Assembly: GCA_002269645.1 (NCBI GenBank)
Contig: NIVC01000212.1
Coordinates: 62,001 to 126,000, forward strand
From: Macrostomum lignano
Taxonomy: Eukaryota
DNA length: 64,000 nt
Direction of reading: 5' to 3'
The position numbers and the translations under genes were made by a program. A model generated the notes under the pieces. The model searched no databases. It worked only from the letters and a program-made list of their open reading frames with translations, and was not told the DNA's origin. Shown here piece by piece: positions 34,772-47,672 of the stretch (position 1 is the stretch's first letter; the number at the start of each line of letters is the position of its first letter).

Positions 34772-34812
34772 TTGTCGATTTTTCGAATATTGAATATTCT
34801 TCGTCAGGGCGA
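34772..34812 (-). ncRNA. Decayed minimal type I hammerhead-ribozyme-like motif in the PLE 3' region
   Basis: Minus strand reads TCGCC-CTGACGA-A-GAATAT-TCA-ATATTC-GAAA-AATC-GACAA. Core and stem II are intact. Stem III/cleavage site and stem I differ by 4 nt from a functional ..GAAACGTC-GGCGA. Confidence 0.45.
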
Positions 34813-36333
34813 GTAAAGCAAAGTTTATTAGTGCGAGTTGTTGTCAATATTTAAAGGCGAGGCGAGTATACACTGTATGTACAATATGAAGAGTCAGAGA
34901 CTAAAAAACAGATTGGTGGCTAAAAGTATAGTACGATAGTACATAGGTCGTACAGACCCGGAGCTTTTTGAAAAAAACTCGAAATAAAATAAATATCTGC
35001 AGCTATACAAGAAGGCCTTAAAGGCCTTAAAGCGTCAGATAATAAATAATAAAGCGAATTCTCGTAGAAAAAACACCAGAAAATAATTTTTTTTGTGAAA
35101 TAAATTTTGAGTCCTGCTGTACTGCACCCGGCGTCAGAGTCGACAAACGCGTATACAAGCAATGGCAGAGGAGCAGAAAAAAAACCACAGAGTAGAGAGA
35201 GCGAAAACCCATAAAACTGAAAGGGTGCAGTGTACAGCGGCAAAAACAGAATTAATTACATCGCAGGTTCGAGCCGGCTGTGGCAGAGCAGAGTTCGGAG
35301 GCTTCTACCCTTGGTGCAGGCGGGCACCACAGGGGTCTCGCAGTGCCGGGTCACCCTGTCCTTCACCTTGGCAGCCAGCGCGTCGGAGGTCGCACAGTGC
35401 GGCAAGATCAGCGGGATGGCCGGGTTGTGCAGTACACCGGCAAGTTCGTTGGCGCCGTGTGGAATTCGAGTCCTCAGGACCTCGATGAGCTTGGCCTCCT
35501 GGCGCTGACGCCGCTCGTTAGCTCTGGGTCTTGTGCCCTCCCGTGTCCAGGTGCCTGTGAAGGCGAAGTCCGTCAGACTGTGGCCACCGCTGGTGAAGTG
35601 GCGGGCCACCGGAGTGTCGCGGGCGTGCCGAATGTCGCCGATGTGCGCCAGCATGCGGCCGCGGATGCTATTGGCGGTCTCGCCGACGTAGACTGTGTGG
35701 TCGCACTGGCGGCAGATCACGGCATAGACGGCGTTCGTGGCGTTACAGTCGATCCTTTGGCTGATGAGTATCTGGACGGTGGTGGCTTCCGAACCGGGAC
35801 AGACGCTGTTGAACTGGGCGTGTGCCTGGCAGCACTTGCAGAGCCGGGCCGGGTTGCGCGGCAGGAAGCCGAACTCCCACCGTCTGGTCGGGTAGAAGCC
35901 CAGCTCCGTCAGCACATCGTACTTGATAATGCGGAGGAAACGCCGGCTGTAGCCTTGGTGCTGCACCAGCTTTTACATCAGCCCGGTGCACGCTGCGTCG
36001 AAGTCGGCCATCCGGGAGCACTGCTAGGCGTACCTGAGAAGCTGGGACTTCATCACGCCTTGGTAAGTCCGCTTAGGATAGCAGGAGCCGCGGTGGATGA
36101 GGGCTCGGCTGTCAGTGGGCTTGAAATACACCCTGGTTGCCAGGCTCTCGCTGTCGCCTTCGCGGTCCCAGAAGACGGTGATGTCCAGGAAGTTGACCTC
36201 TGTGCAGCTGCTGTAGCTCAGTTGAAGCCGGATGTTCGGGTCGAGGGCATCCAGGTATTGATGGAACTGGACTCGCCTCTGTGCCACGCCACACTCCAAA
36301 GACGTCGTCGATGTAGCGGAGCCACAGGCTGGG

Positions 36334-36597
36334 CTTCTGCGGGCTGGTCTCCAGGCCTGTCTGCTCCCAGTAGCCCATGTAGATGTTGCTGTAGCTGGGC
36401 TTTTGCGGGCTGGTCTCCAGGCCTCTCTGCTCCCAGTAGCCCATGTAGATGTTGCTGTAGCTGGGCTTTTGCGGGCTGGTCTCCAGGCCTCTCTGCTCCC
36501 AGTAGCCCATGTAGATGTTGCTGTAGCTGGGCTTTTGCGGGCTGGTCTCCAGGCCTCTCTGCTCCCAGTAGCCCATGTAGATGTTGCTGTAGCTGGG
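36334..36597 (-). repeat. In-frame 66-bp (22-aa) repeat, 4 copies, inside the PLE RT
   Basis: PSYSNIYMGYWEQRGLETSPQK x4; period 66 (36371 and 36437). Confidence 0.95.
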
Positions 36598-37920
36598 CGC
36601 GACCGACTTCCCCATGGCCGTGCCTTTCACCTGCAGGAAGTATCTGCCGTCAAACTCGAAGTCGTTGCGCCCCAGGTTCAGCTTGAGCAGGCTGAGCAGG
36701 CTGGCGTCCGGGCACCGACTGTCCGGGTGCTCCCTAAAAAGCTCTTCGCACGCACTCGAGACCGGCCTCCGTCGGGATGTTGGTGTACAGGCTGGCAACG
36801 TCCATGGTGAGCAGGAAGGTCTTCTCGGACGCCGGACCGGATGAAGCTGGGCAGCTTGATGACGATCGGCTTCAGGAAGCTGTCGATGAAGCGGCCGCTG
36901 GCGTAGGACTCGCTGTCCACATCAGACACGATGGGCCGGCCCGGAGGAATGTCGCCGAGCGGCCACGACTCGTGGATCTTCGGCAGGATGTAGAAGAGCC
37001 ACGTGCGGAACTCGCTCTTCGGATTAAAGGCGTTGAACTGGCGCCGATCGATTATTCTGCGGTCCAGCAGCGATTGGAAGACAGCGCGAATCATATGGGC
37101 TGTGAATCGGCTGATCGGTGCACTCAGAGGCCGGTAGAACAGCGGGTCCTCCAGCTGACAAAGGCACTCGCGAACATAGTCCTGCCGGTCCAGAATGGCC
37201 AGCTGGCTGCCCGTAGGTCGCGCAGGGCCTCGCTTCCGCCTCGCTGATGTGCGGAGTGTTTCTGCAGTCTCTAACCCCGTCTATGCATGATGTCGTCCAG
37301 CTCGTGTAACATCGCTTGAGTCTCGGGTCCGAGGCGCTTCGGATCGAGGTAGGGGACAGGCGGCCTGGCCCGTCATCCAAAGCCAGTTGACGCCTGAAGC
37401 CCCGAGAGAGAAAAGGGAAGAGGAGAGAGAGAAGAGATGAGATGAGAGAGAAGATAAAAGAAGGGAGTGAGAATAGATAGGAGGGGAGAGAGGAGAGGGG
37501 AGAGAGGAGAGGAGAGAGAAGCGACAGAAGAGAGAAGAGGGTAGAGATGAGAGAAGAGAGAATACGGGGAGAGAGAAAAGATGAGAGAAAAGAGAAGAGA
37601 GAAGAATGGGAGAGAGGAGAGAGAAGAGGGGAGAATGAAGAAAGGAGGGGAGAGAATAGACAAGAGAAAAGAGGGAGAGAGGGGAGAGGAGGGGAGAGAG
37701 GAGAGAGAAGAGAGAAGAGGTGAGAGAAGAGGGTAGAGGTGAGAGAGAAGATGGAAGAGAGGAGTGAGAAGAGAAAGGAGAGGAGAGAGGAAAGAGCAGA
37801 GAGAAGAGGGTAGAGAACTGAGAAGAGACACAGCGGGCCGGATAGGGAAGCTTCGCGGTCCGGAGTTTGCCGACACCCCTTGGTTTAGTTGCTAGGCTAT
37901 TAGAAAATAGAAGATTGACG

Positions 37921-37995
37921 CATGCCAGCATTAGCTGGGGTAATTGAGGGTGTGGCGTGGTGAGCCCCCAGTCCATGGACTGAACAGTCTGAGGC
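37921..37995 (+). mobile_element. 3' fragment of the tRNA/CORE-like SINE
   Basis: GCCAGCATTAGCTGGGGTAATTGAGGG..ACTGAACAG is shared with the copies at 53534 and 62829. Confidence 0.75.
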
Positions 37996-38807
37996 AAAAG
38001 TCTACCACCTAAATTAGCTATATACAAAGTTCACGCCTTCCTTCCACGAGATATTTAGTGCATTAAGTGCCAATTAGCTCAAAGTAGAGAAACATTATCT
38101 ACGAAGTATTAAGCCAAGCTCAGTAAGTCACGTCGAGTGTTAGTGAAGTCACATATATAGTCTTGTTTAAACATTATGTACGCGATTTGCTCTCGTTTAG
38201 CATGCTAAGTCTCTTGACGACTAAGTAATACAAAAATAGTCCAAACATTATTCACTGTAGATAAAGCTTAAAACCTATATTGATAGCCATTCTTGACCAA
38301 ATATTAGTTCATTCCTTTGCTTTGCTTTGCACTTTTTATTATCGTTAAGAGGGAAGGCTTTAATCGACATTTTCCCACTGAGCTATGCATTAGAGATCTC
38401 GTCATATAGAAGCTGAACAAATTAAAGTTATTTTCAAGCTCTACTCGTATTTCGACTTAAACTATTGGCTAAAAAAAGTTGCGATAAAAATTTCTGCAAC
38501 AAATTTGAAGCTAGCACGTTGTGAGAGTTTTGTGAGAATTTCGTCCAGCTGTAAAACGCGTCGGACTCTCGAACGACCTTTTGGTTGGATTTCGTGCAAG
38601 GCCACATTCATTTGAGGCTTGTGCACGAAAACTGTCAATGCACAGCAGAGTGTGCATGCCTGCGATTAGAGACTAGGGGCTACTGTACACCCTGTTTAAA
38701 TGTGAGTGCGTGTCTACGCTCAGTATGTATGTGCTCAGCAGTCAGCCAAATCGTCTCAGCGATGGGGACAATGTCGGCAAAGGCAATGCGCCAGAGTGGC
38801 ACAATTT

Positions 38808-39686
38808 AAGGACGATTCTTGATGTTAATTCAGGGACGATTCTTAATGTTGATTCAGGGACGATTCTTAATGCTGATTCAGGGACGATTCTTAATGCTGA
38901 TTCAGGGACGATTCTTAATGCTGATTCAGGGACGATTCTTAATGCTGATTCAGGGACGATTCTTAATGTTGATTCAGGGACGATTCTTGATGCTGATTCA
39001 GGGACGATTCTTAATGTTGATTCAGGGACGATTCTTAATGCTGATTCAGGGACGATTCTTAATGCTGATTCAGGGACGATTCTTAATGTTGATTCAGGGA
39101 CGATTCTTGATGCTGATTCAGGGACGATTCTTAATGTTGATTCAGGGACGATTCTTAATGCTGATTCAGGGACGATTCTTAATGCTGATTCAGGGACGAT
39201 TCTTAATGTTGATTCAGGGACGATTCTTGATGCTGATTCAGGGACGATTCTTAATGTTGATTCAGGGACGATTCTTGATGCTGATTCAGGGACGATTCTT
39301 AATGCTGATTCAGGGACGATTCTTAATGCTGATTCAGGGACGATTCTTAATGCTGATTCAGGGACGATTCTTAATGTTGATTCAGGGACGATTCTTGATG
39401 CTGATTCAGGGACGATTCTTAAAGTTGATTCAGGGACGATTCTTGATGCTGATTCAGGGATGATTCTTAAAGTTGATTCAGGGACGATTCTTGATGCTGA
39501 TTCAGGGACAATTCTTAAAGTTGATTCAGGGACGATTCTTGATGCTGATTCAGGGATGATTCTTAAAGTTGATTCAGGGACGATTCTTGATGCTGATTCA
39601 GGGACAATTCTTAAAGTTGATTCAGGGACGATTCTTGATGCTGATTCAGGGACGATTCTTAATACTGGTTCTAAGGACGATTTCTA
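38808..39686. repeat. 24-bp minisatellite GCTGATTCAGGGACGATTCTTAAT, block 1
   Basis: 8-aa periodicity in the ORF track (ADSGTILN). Confidence 0.96.
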
Positions 39687-40625
39687 AGTTTAAGTAATAT
39701 TAGTTAGAAATCGTGTAGGTCAATTTCTAGAAGCAGCTATAGCAATGGGGGCCAATTGAAAAACATTCCCCTTTGCTATCAATGTTATTTCAGGCCGCGA
39801 AGACCAGTCATGGTTGAGATTTCTAAAATTTTTGTGCAGCAAATTGGTTGAATCAAAAAAGTGCAGACTAATCAACACGCAGGCCTGATAAGACGCAGCC
39901 CTGACTTTATCCACATTCAGATACGAACTGTGTGCACTGGCTTTGGTTAGAGAGATAGCGCTAGGGCGAGATAATTGCAGCAATTTGGCATTTTGGCAAG
40001 ATGCCAACTCTCATAGTACATGCACAGCTAACAACCACACATCACCATTCTATCTGACAACCGTATGGCACAGCTACGTGTAAAATGGGATTCAAACAGC
40101 TTTCATTCCTTCCTTCCCAGTCATCGTTATTATAAGAGTGAAACCAGTTAAGAATCCGATGTACTCCTATAGCCTACTCTTGTAAAGCACTCTACCAGTG
40201 TCCCATTAGTATTGTTTGTTTGAGAGGCCCAAGCCAACATCCGGTTCACAATTTGCCTGGTTCTGTCCATGGTAAAATAAGAGACAGCCTGAGAGCCGCA
40301 TATTTTGCAAAACTGCAACAAAAAGTACTAACAAATAGGAATCCTACATAACTGCATAACTTATGTAAACCAGTGCAATTTTCTGCCTAAAATCTCACTT
40401 ACTAAACTATGTGTATGTACAGAGAAAGTTAACGATGGGAGTAACTATGTAACTATTTTAAATAGCCAAAATTGCTCGTCACCTGGTAAGCAGTGTTGTC
40501 CACTGTAACAAAAAAATTAACATTTAACATTTTAAACAGTTGTAAGTTAATGAAATTACTAGGAAAATATCGCAACAAATTTTATAGAAACATCTGAGGA
40601 ACGTTTCAAAACAACTTCAAACTTT

Positions 40626-41620
40626 GGTTCAGGGACGATGCTTAAGGTTGATTCAGGGATGATTATTGAGTTTATTCAGGGACGATTCTTGAGTTGATTC
40701 AGGGACGATTCTTAAGTTGATTCAGGGACGATTCTTAAGTTGATTCAGGGACGATTCTTGAGTTGATTCAGGGACGATCCTTAAGTTGATTCAGGGACGA
40801 TGCTGAAGGTTGATTCAGGGACGATGCTTAAAGTTGATTCAGGGACAATTCTTAAGTTTATTCAGAGACTATTCAAGGTTGATTCAGGGACGATTCTTAA
40901 GGTTGATTCAGGGACGATGCTGAAGGTTGATTCAGGGATGATTCTTAAGGTTGATTCAGGGACGATTCTTGATGCTGATTCAGGGACGATTCTTGATGCT
41001 GATTCAGGGACGATTCTTGATGCTGATTCAGGGACGATTCTTGATGCTGATTCAGGGACGATTCTTGATGCTGATTCACGGACGATTCTTAAGTTTATTC
41101 AGGGACGATGCTGAAGGTTGATTCAGGGACGATTCCTTATGCTGATTCAGGGACGATTCTTGAGTTTATTCAGGGACGATGCTGAAGGTTGATTCAGGGA
41201 CGATTCCTTATGCTGATTCAGGGACGATTCTTGAGTTTATTCAGGGACGATGCTGAAGGTTGATTCAGAGACGATGCTTAAAGTTGATTCAGGGACGATT
41301 CTTAAGTTTATTCAGGGACGATTATTAAGGTTGATTCAGGGACTATTCTTAAGGTTGATTCAGGGACGATTCTTAAGTTGATTCAGGGACGATGCTGAAG
41401 GTTGATTCAGGGATGATTCTTAAGGTTGATTCAGGGACGATTCTTTAGTTGATTCAGGGACGATGCTGAAGGTTGATTCAGGGACGATTCTTAAGGTTGA
41501 TTCAGGGACGATTCTTAAGGTTGATTCAGGGACGATGCTGAAGGTTGATTCAGGGACGATTCTTAAGTTGATTCAGGGACGATTCTTAATGTTGATCCAG
41601 GGACGATGCTGAAGAGCCGT
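40626..41620. repeat. Same 23/24-bp minisatellite, block 2 (more diverged)
   Basis: Shares the GATTCAGGGACGAT core. Confidence 0.95.
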
Positions 41621-41869
41621 TTGAAAACGACTTTGAAGGATGATTTAGAGCCTGTTTACAGGATAATTCAGGATGGTTCAGTAAGATTCCGAAAGGTACT
41701 TTAGGGGAACATAACCTTTTAAGGGATTTTTTGAGGTGATTGTCAGAATACACTTCTCATTTGAATCAACTAGATTGCAAATCAGAATAACATCTACGAA
41801 CTTATATGAATTAAGCATGTACATCTTAAATTCAATACGGAAATATTAATCAAAGATTTCTTTTCTTAC

Positions 41870-43247
41870 CTAGGAAAGTCTATTAGGCCAACTCCGCTGC
41901 CACTTCTACTATGCGAGCTGACATTCGAATAGGTTGACAGATTTCGACAATGCCTGGACGTCAACAAGTACTGAGCGTGCTGCTGCTGTGGTTGCTGCTG
42001 CACCTGTTGAGCTCCAGACGCCGTCAGCGTAACCATAGGAACAGCTGAAGCATTGTCAGTACCAAAAGCGTCGTCAATAACGACAGAATCGAAAGCGGTC
42101 GCCGAGTCGCTGCCGCCGCCGCAGCTGGAACCGCCAACGCTGTGCCGCAGGCGGGCTGGGTCTGATGAAGCCCGATAGATTGGGTCGCCGCGTAGGCAGC
42201 GCATGCACAGGCTGAGCCGCAGAGTGGAATTGTCCAGACGTTCGTTCGGACTATACGGAGTCAGGATGAAAGCGCGCTCCTCAGGAGCTGAGCAGTGGCC
42301 GAACTGGGCCAAGTCCAGATTAACGAAGCCCAACTTGCTGTAGGATCGACCGCCGCGAATCTCTTTTCTTAGCGAGACGCGCAACTCGCAAGAATGAAGT
42401 ACGCCAGTCTCCGCTGATGACGTCATCCGACAGGGAAACTCGTAGGTAGCGTCTGGGGCGCCGGATTCGGCCAGCCAAGTGACCTGAATTTGACGACAAG
42501 TCGGGGCGCAACGAAAGTCAATTGCCAGGTTTGAATAAATAAGTAGTGTTCGTAGATATGTATTCAGCTACTGCCTCTAAGTTAACGGTCGAGAAGTCAA
42601 ATAGCTGTCTACTGGGGAGGAGGCATCAGAGTGTCTCCTGGATAGGGAATGTCAGAGGGTCTCCTGGATAGGTAATGTCAGAGGGTCTCCTGGATAGGGA
42701 ATGCCAAAGGGTCTCCTGGATAGGGAATGCCAAAGGGTCTCCTGGATAGGGAATGCCAAAGGGTCTCCTGGATAGGTAATGCCAAAGGGTCTCCTGGATA
42801 GGGAATGCCAAAGGGTCTCCTGGATAGGGAATGCCAAAGGGTCTCCTGGATAGGGAATGTCAGAGGGTCTCCTAGATAAGGAATGTCAGAGGGTCTCCTG
42901 GATAGGGAATGTCAGAGGGTCTCCTAATTAGAAGATGTCAGAGGGTTTTCTAGTGGGTCTTTTAGAGTTATCAAAGGCAAGATTCTGCATACCTTATTGT
43001 TTTGAATAACACATCGGCTAGAATATTGGCAAAATCGCCCACCAGAGAGCAATCGCATCTTAGCAAACAGTACCCCATTGCTAAGCGTGACACCTTCCAA
43101 TTCTTTAAGTGTCAGTCGAACTAAAAACTTGTGCCGACGCTTTTTTCGATTTGGACTTGCATCTGAAGCTTCTATGGCAGTGTGACCATCACAGTCCTGA
43201 CCATTGGCTCCATGGCTACTGGTTGCTGGGCGCAGACAGGTGAACAT
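41870..43247 (-). CDS. EEIG1: EEIG1/FAM102-family NT-C2 domain protein, two exons; 3' end unresolved
   Basis: Exons 43247-42993 and 42483-41870 join in phase 0: KKRRHKFLVRLTLKELEGVTLSNGVLFAKMRLLSGGRF..IQNNK|VTW..CRMTSSAETGVLHSCELRVSLRKEIRGGRSYSKLGFVNLDLAQF..RLDNSTLRL..GDP. This matches the FAM102 N-terminus. Exon 2 ends at a GTAAG donor in phase 2. Confidence 0.9.
42625..42925. repeat. 26-bp minisatellite GGGTCTCCTGGATAGGGAATGCCAAA
   Basis: Fills EEIG1 intron 1. Confidence 0.95.
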
Positions 43248-46200
43248 ACTATAAAAAGGGAATGAAACACAATGTCAATAATACATAACTATTGTGGACA
43301 ACATTAAAGCTTAAATAATTATAAACCTTATATTATGACATCAAGGAGAAAGCCAATCATTAACTTTCTATGAAATATATCATCAAATATCTATAGAATC
43401 TATTTTAATCTATAAAACTTGCAATTAAGATTTAATAATCATATTAGTTTTTGCCAATCTTCCAATTTTCTATTCTATATTTATAGAGTAAATAGCATGA
43501 ATATATGCATAAAATCTTTATTCTTTATATTATACTTTATTATACTTTATACTTTATTAAAAGTACAGTTTTTTAATTTCTATTTATTTATTCAAGGATA
43601 AATACATGAAAAAGATATGATGGCGACTAAAACGAAAGTAGATTGAATAGACAAAATAAAAAACTTCAACATCATCCACATAACAAGCAATGCCAATGCC
43701 AATGCATGCACCTATTGACTATATTGCAAGTAGCGGTATCTATAATATACTTATTTTTTAAGGCTTACTATTATTTAATATATACCAAACATTTTCACAT
43801 GCTTTGCTCAATGTACTTTATTTCGTTAATCAAGCGTTTCAAAAATAAAAAACGAAGAGACACTTTTGACCCCACTTTTCGTCAGTTTTCGACCACTTTA
43901 AGATGTTTTACTGCATGCCAGACTTTGAGTTCATTAGTGATAAATAAAGACATCTAAGAACAACATTTATTAGAAAATTATTCATTCCACCTACTAAAAT
44001 TACTGAAGAACAAAGAAGCTGATCAGGACAAAAATACTAGGCACATTAATAGTAGAACCAGCTAAAATTTCTAAAAAAACGTTCTTAGATTCGAAGAATT
44101 TTAGATACTGTGGCAAAAGCAAAATTGTGCGTAAAATATACCATGGTACAACAAAATTTTCAGTAATTATGCATATAAATTTGCTGAACTAAATTAAAGC
44201 AATTTTTATAAATTTGAAAAGCTGTATCAAGAATTATAACGATCAAAAAGGCATTGCTTAAAAAGCACTAAACACACCCGTGTCATCACTCCACACTCCG
44301 TAATAAAGAAGGAAGCTATACATGCACATGCAAATGTGTTTACGGGGGAAACTACGTGTATTAGATATAGCGCCACACGTAGTTTACGTGAGTATAGGCC
44401 TAAGCAGTGCATATGTTGGTATAAAACAAAAAGATTTTTAATAAACTTTGTATGCTTCTATTCTAAAACTAGCCTTCTGCCTCCTGTCCCTTGCAACTAG
44501 ATATAATATAAATGTTTGAAGTCCAGTTAAAGAAGTAAAATGTTTTTTACTGACTAGGCTTGGCCTAGGCATAAAATAATAATTAGCAGTTCCAATTTGA
44601 ACTGGTAACTAATTTTTTTGCAACTAAACTATCATTCATTCTTAAGCAGTTAGTATTTGCAGCTAAGATACTTTAACTTTGTTTGGCAAAAATCATAACC
44701 TATTTCATGCTATTTGTCTTGTTTTGATTTCTTAATCTTTTAACTTTTAAGCATGCAGGCTAGGCTAGGCCTAGTGAATAGTAGGTTATTATAGGGCTGC
44801 AGGGATTAGGGATACATAACAAAGGCTATTAGCAAGTTATAAGGGTATTTAAGGCATATTTGTAGAACTACTTTAAGCAGTCTCTCTACTCTCTTCAAAA
44901 CTCTATGGTTGTAGTTGGGATTAAAACAGTAGGACCTTGCTATAGGCCTACTATTAGACCATAAACCAAGCTACCAATTATCCATCTAGGGCAGGTGCCC
45001 CTAAGAGGGTGAGGTCTGATTTGCTTTTACCTTGGCTAGTATTAGTACCTCAAGCTAGGCCTATACTATAGTTCTATAATAAGCTATTATTCCCTAGGTT
45101 ATAGGGTGTATTATAATCAAGTATGATTTTCCTAAGGTAATACTAGCATGTAAAAAAGCTTAGGCCTATCTATTATACTTACCAGTGCTAGCCTATATTT
45201 CACACTCCAATTCAAAACTTATGTCAATTTCTTGTTAGCAAAATCTTTTATTCTATTATACTTTTATCATTGAAAGCCCTTTTAAACTTAGGTTAAAAGC
45301 TGTATAAACCAAAATTGTACCATCAAAAGTTAGATTTAGAAAAATTTTTATCCCAGAATTCTAGCCTAATTCGTTAGGATCCCAGGATTGGCAAAGTCTA
45401 GGATATCCTGATCCTAAGGAAGAATCCTAGGATGTTTAAAGTCTAGGATATCTCAATCCCAAAAAATCTTGGTATTGGCAAAACTCAGGGTTTTGTATTC
45501 CCTAGTTTTTAGACTGGTATAAGACAAAGATAGCCATTATAATATTATGTTTATTAGGGCCTATCTATTCTCTACAATTAATGAGCAACTAATAGCTATT
45601 GTTATATTATTTATTATTATATTTAATCTATCATCATAAATACTAATATAATAATAGATTTGAAACTATTACCCATAATATAAAATAATAAAAACTTTAA
45701 TCTTTTTCAGTGTTTATACTAATTTATTCTCTATTATTCAGCTATCATTTTGCAACTTGTGAATCTAGGAACTTAGAGTTGCGAGAGCAGCTTTGCAAAA
45801 TACCATGCATTAATGTACTTCAACCATCAGCTCTAGGTTCACTGTTTCATAAAAGTCAATAAGCAAATAGTGCTTCATGAACTTGTCATTTTTCGATCAT
45901 GTTTGGCATCGTTATTGATGTCAGAAATCACAATCGCTAGCTTCTCCTTTTGAGCAATTTATTAGCAATATAAAGGCCCCGTCTTCAGGAGGCATACAGT
46001 AATATGATATAACCCCCTCAAAATATTTAAGAACAGGACAGTAATGCATGAGTAATAGAGTATAAAAAAGACTATAATAATTTTACTGAGCCATTACTTA
46101 AATGCTTTTCCACATCAGTCACTGGCCTAGACATAGTGAAATTGGTGCTTCATCCAAATAGTTTTTGCCACAGACACAAAATCAAATTTCAAGCTAGGAC

Positions 46201-46899
46201 TTTCAAAAAGTTTCAACTCAATCTTTAATTCGCATAGTTTGTATATTTTTTGAGATATTAATAATGATATTGAAGTAAGGGATAGGCAGATACTTCTGCA
46301 GAAATTTCCTAATTCAGTTCAAAAGTATACAAATAGGAATTCATGCTGCTGAATTAGCTCCTCAATAGTCTGTGGACATCTGTGATAGGTCAGCAACTTG
46401 TCACTTAATCACCCTACCTGTATTATAAGCATGGAGTCAGAGGCTAAGCAAAATAAAGGGTAGATTGTGACTTTTTTCACTGATACTCATCATTTCATAA
46501 GAATGAAATGTAATAAAGCTTGACTCAAATCACTGTGAATCATCCGGGCCAGTTTCTTTTCTGTCAGCAATGGAGCTGCAGCTGCGGCAAGCAGGCAGGT
46601 ATCAAAAGTCTGCCACTATGTGTCTGGGCTATAGGAAATACTGACAGAGTCTAACTGTGAAAAGAAAGTGGTTAGATTTGTCAGATATTAGTTTGTGAAA
46701 TATATTCCTTTGTTTGTACATTTTAAAAATTAAAAGACAACATAAAGTGGTCAAACAAAAACTGATTTAGTCAAAACTACCCCTCTAAACAAACTCATAA
46801 TACAATAAACTTATATGTGCGCATTTCTTCTCAGATGTATTATGTCCTTGCTGATCTTGACCTCAGCTCTATAACTTGGCTATGAATCTGCTGCTGTTG

Positions 46900-47640
46900 T
46901 TGTTGTTGTTGTTGATGCCAACTACTAGGCCTCCACAGCTAGGATCTTTTTATGGGTACCACATGGCAGGAGGCTTTTCTACCATTCCCAATACTTTAAG
47001 GCTTCCTCTGGTTGCTCACAGACTGCTTGCAGACCATTATAGCACCACAACCTCTTGTCATCCATTTCCAGGCAGTCCCAGATGTGCTGCATTGTCTCCT
47101 CCATATCGCAGTACTGGCACTAGTCCTTTAGTAGTCCAATCACTTCTTGTAGGCTGCTAGCTCTGTCAAGTGTCCCATGCACATTCTTCTGAAGCTCACC
47201 TCTTTTTCTTTGTAGCTAAACCATGAATTTCTCTTAACTCTGCATGTGCTCTTATATACCCTCTTCATTCTTTCATGCCTCCACTCACTTCTCTGCTTTC
47301 CGCAGTGCCTGGCTTAGCTTTTTTTGCAACCGTGCTTGCTAACACTTTTGCATTGTTATGCCACATCTCTCTGACCACTTTGCCCGCCACCTTGTCCACT
47401 TCTTCATTTCCGCCGATTCCACAATGGCTAGGGATCCAAAGCAGGGTCACCCGCTTCTCTTCCTATTCCAGCTTGCTGAGCTCTTCTCTGATCCGATTAG
47501 CCAACGGGTTTTTTCCTCTCTTGCTAACCACTTGGAGGCCACTCTTACTATCCATGCACACAACTGCTCTCCTCCAGCTAGTCTGCGTGGTTGTGCTGCT
47601 GCTGCTATTGTGGTTGTGGCTGTTGTTGCTGTTGTTGGCC

Positions 47641-47672
<32 letters not shown>

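Larger units (their letters stand above)
34712..37403 (-). mobile_element. Decayed Penelope-like retroelement (RT + Cys linker + GIY-YIG endonuclease)
   Basis: Motifs across several frames: FYILPKIH, GRPIVS, TMDVASLYTNIP, QVKGTAMG, WLRYIDDVF, VNFLDITV, TRVYFKPTD, LCKCC, NAVYAVICRQC..YVGET..RMLAH. Has frameshifts, a deletion near the DKG motif and in-frame TAG (36024) and TAA stops. ORF ends at 35256. Confidence 0.93.
34293..37882. mobile_element. Non-autonomous hAT (Charlie-like) MITE with GA-rich interior, interrupted by a Penelope-like element
   Basis: Left end CAGGGTGGGCAAA; right end GCGGTCCGGAGTTTGCCGACACCCCTTG (imperfect TIRs). Flanks are GTTTAGTC (34285-34292) and GTTTAGTT (37883-37890), a 7/8 match, consistent with the 8-bp TSD of hAT elements. 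GA tracts at ~34355-34711 and ~37404-37830. Confidence 0.72.

Noticed and set aside
35960-36030. Selenocysteine or readthrough in the PLE
   Set aside because: The stops are TAG and TAA, not TGA, and the element also has frameshifts, so this is decay.
38710-39687. 325-aa ADSGTIL-repeat protein
   Set aside because: Translation of a 24-bp minisatellite with a non-ATG start; a second block nearby has frame-breaking 23-mers.
45780-46620. Degenerate DNA-transposase-like coding remnant
   Set aside because: Short coding-looking fragments with many stops and no diagnostic motif; needs tBLASTn or HMM support.
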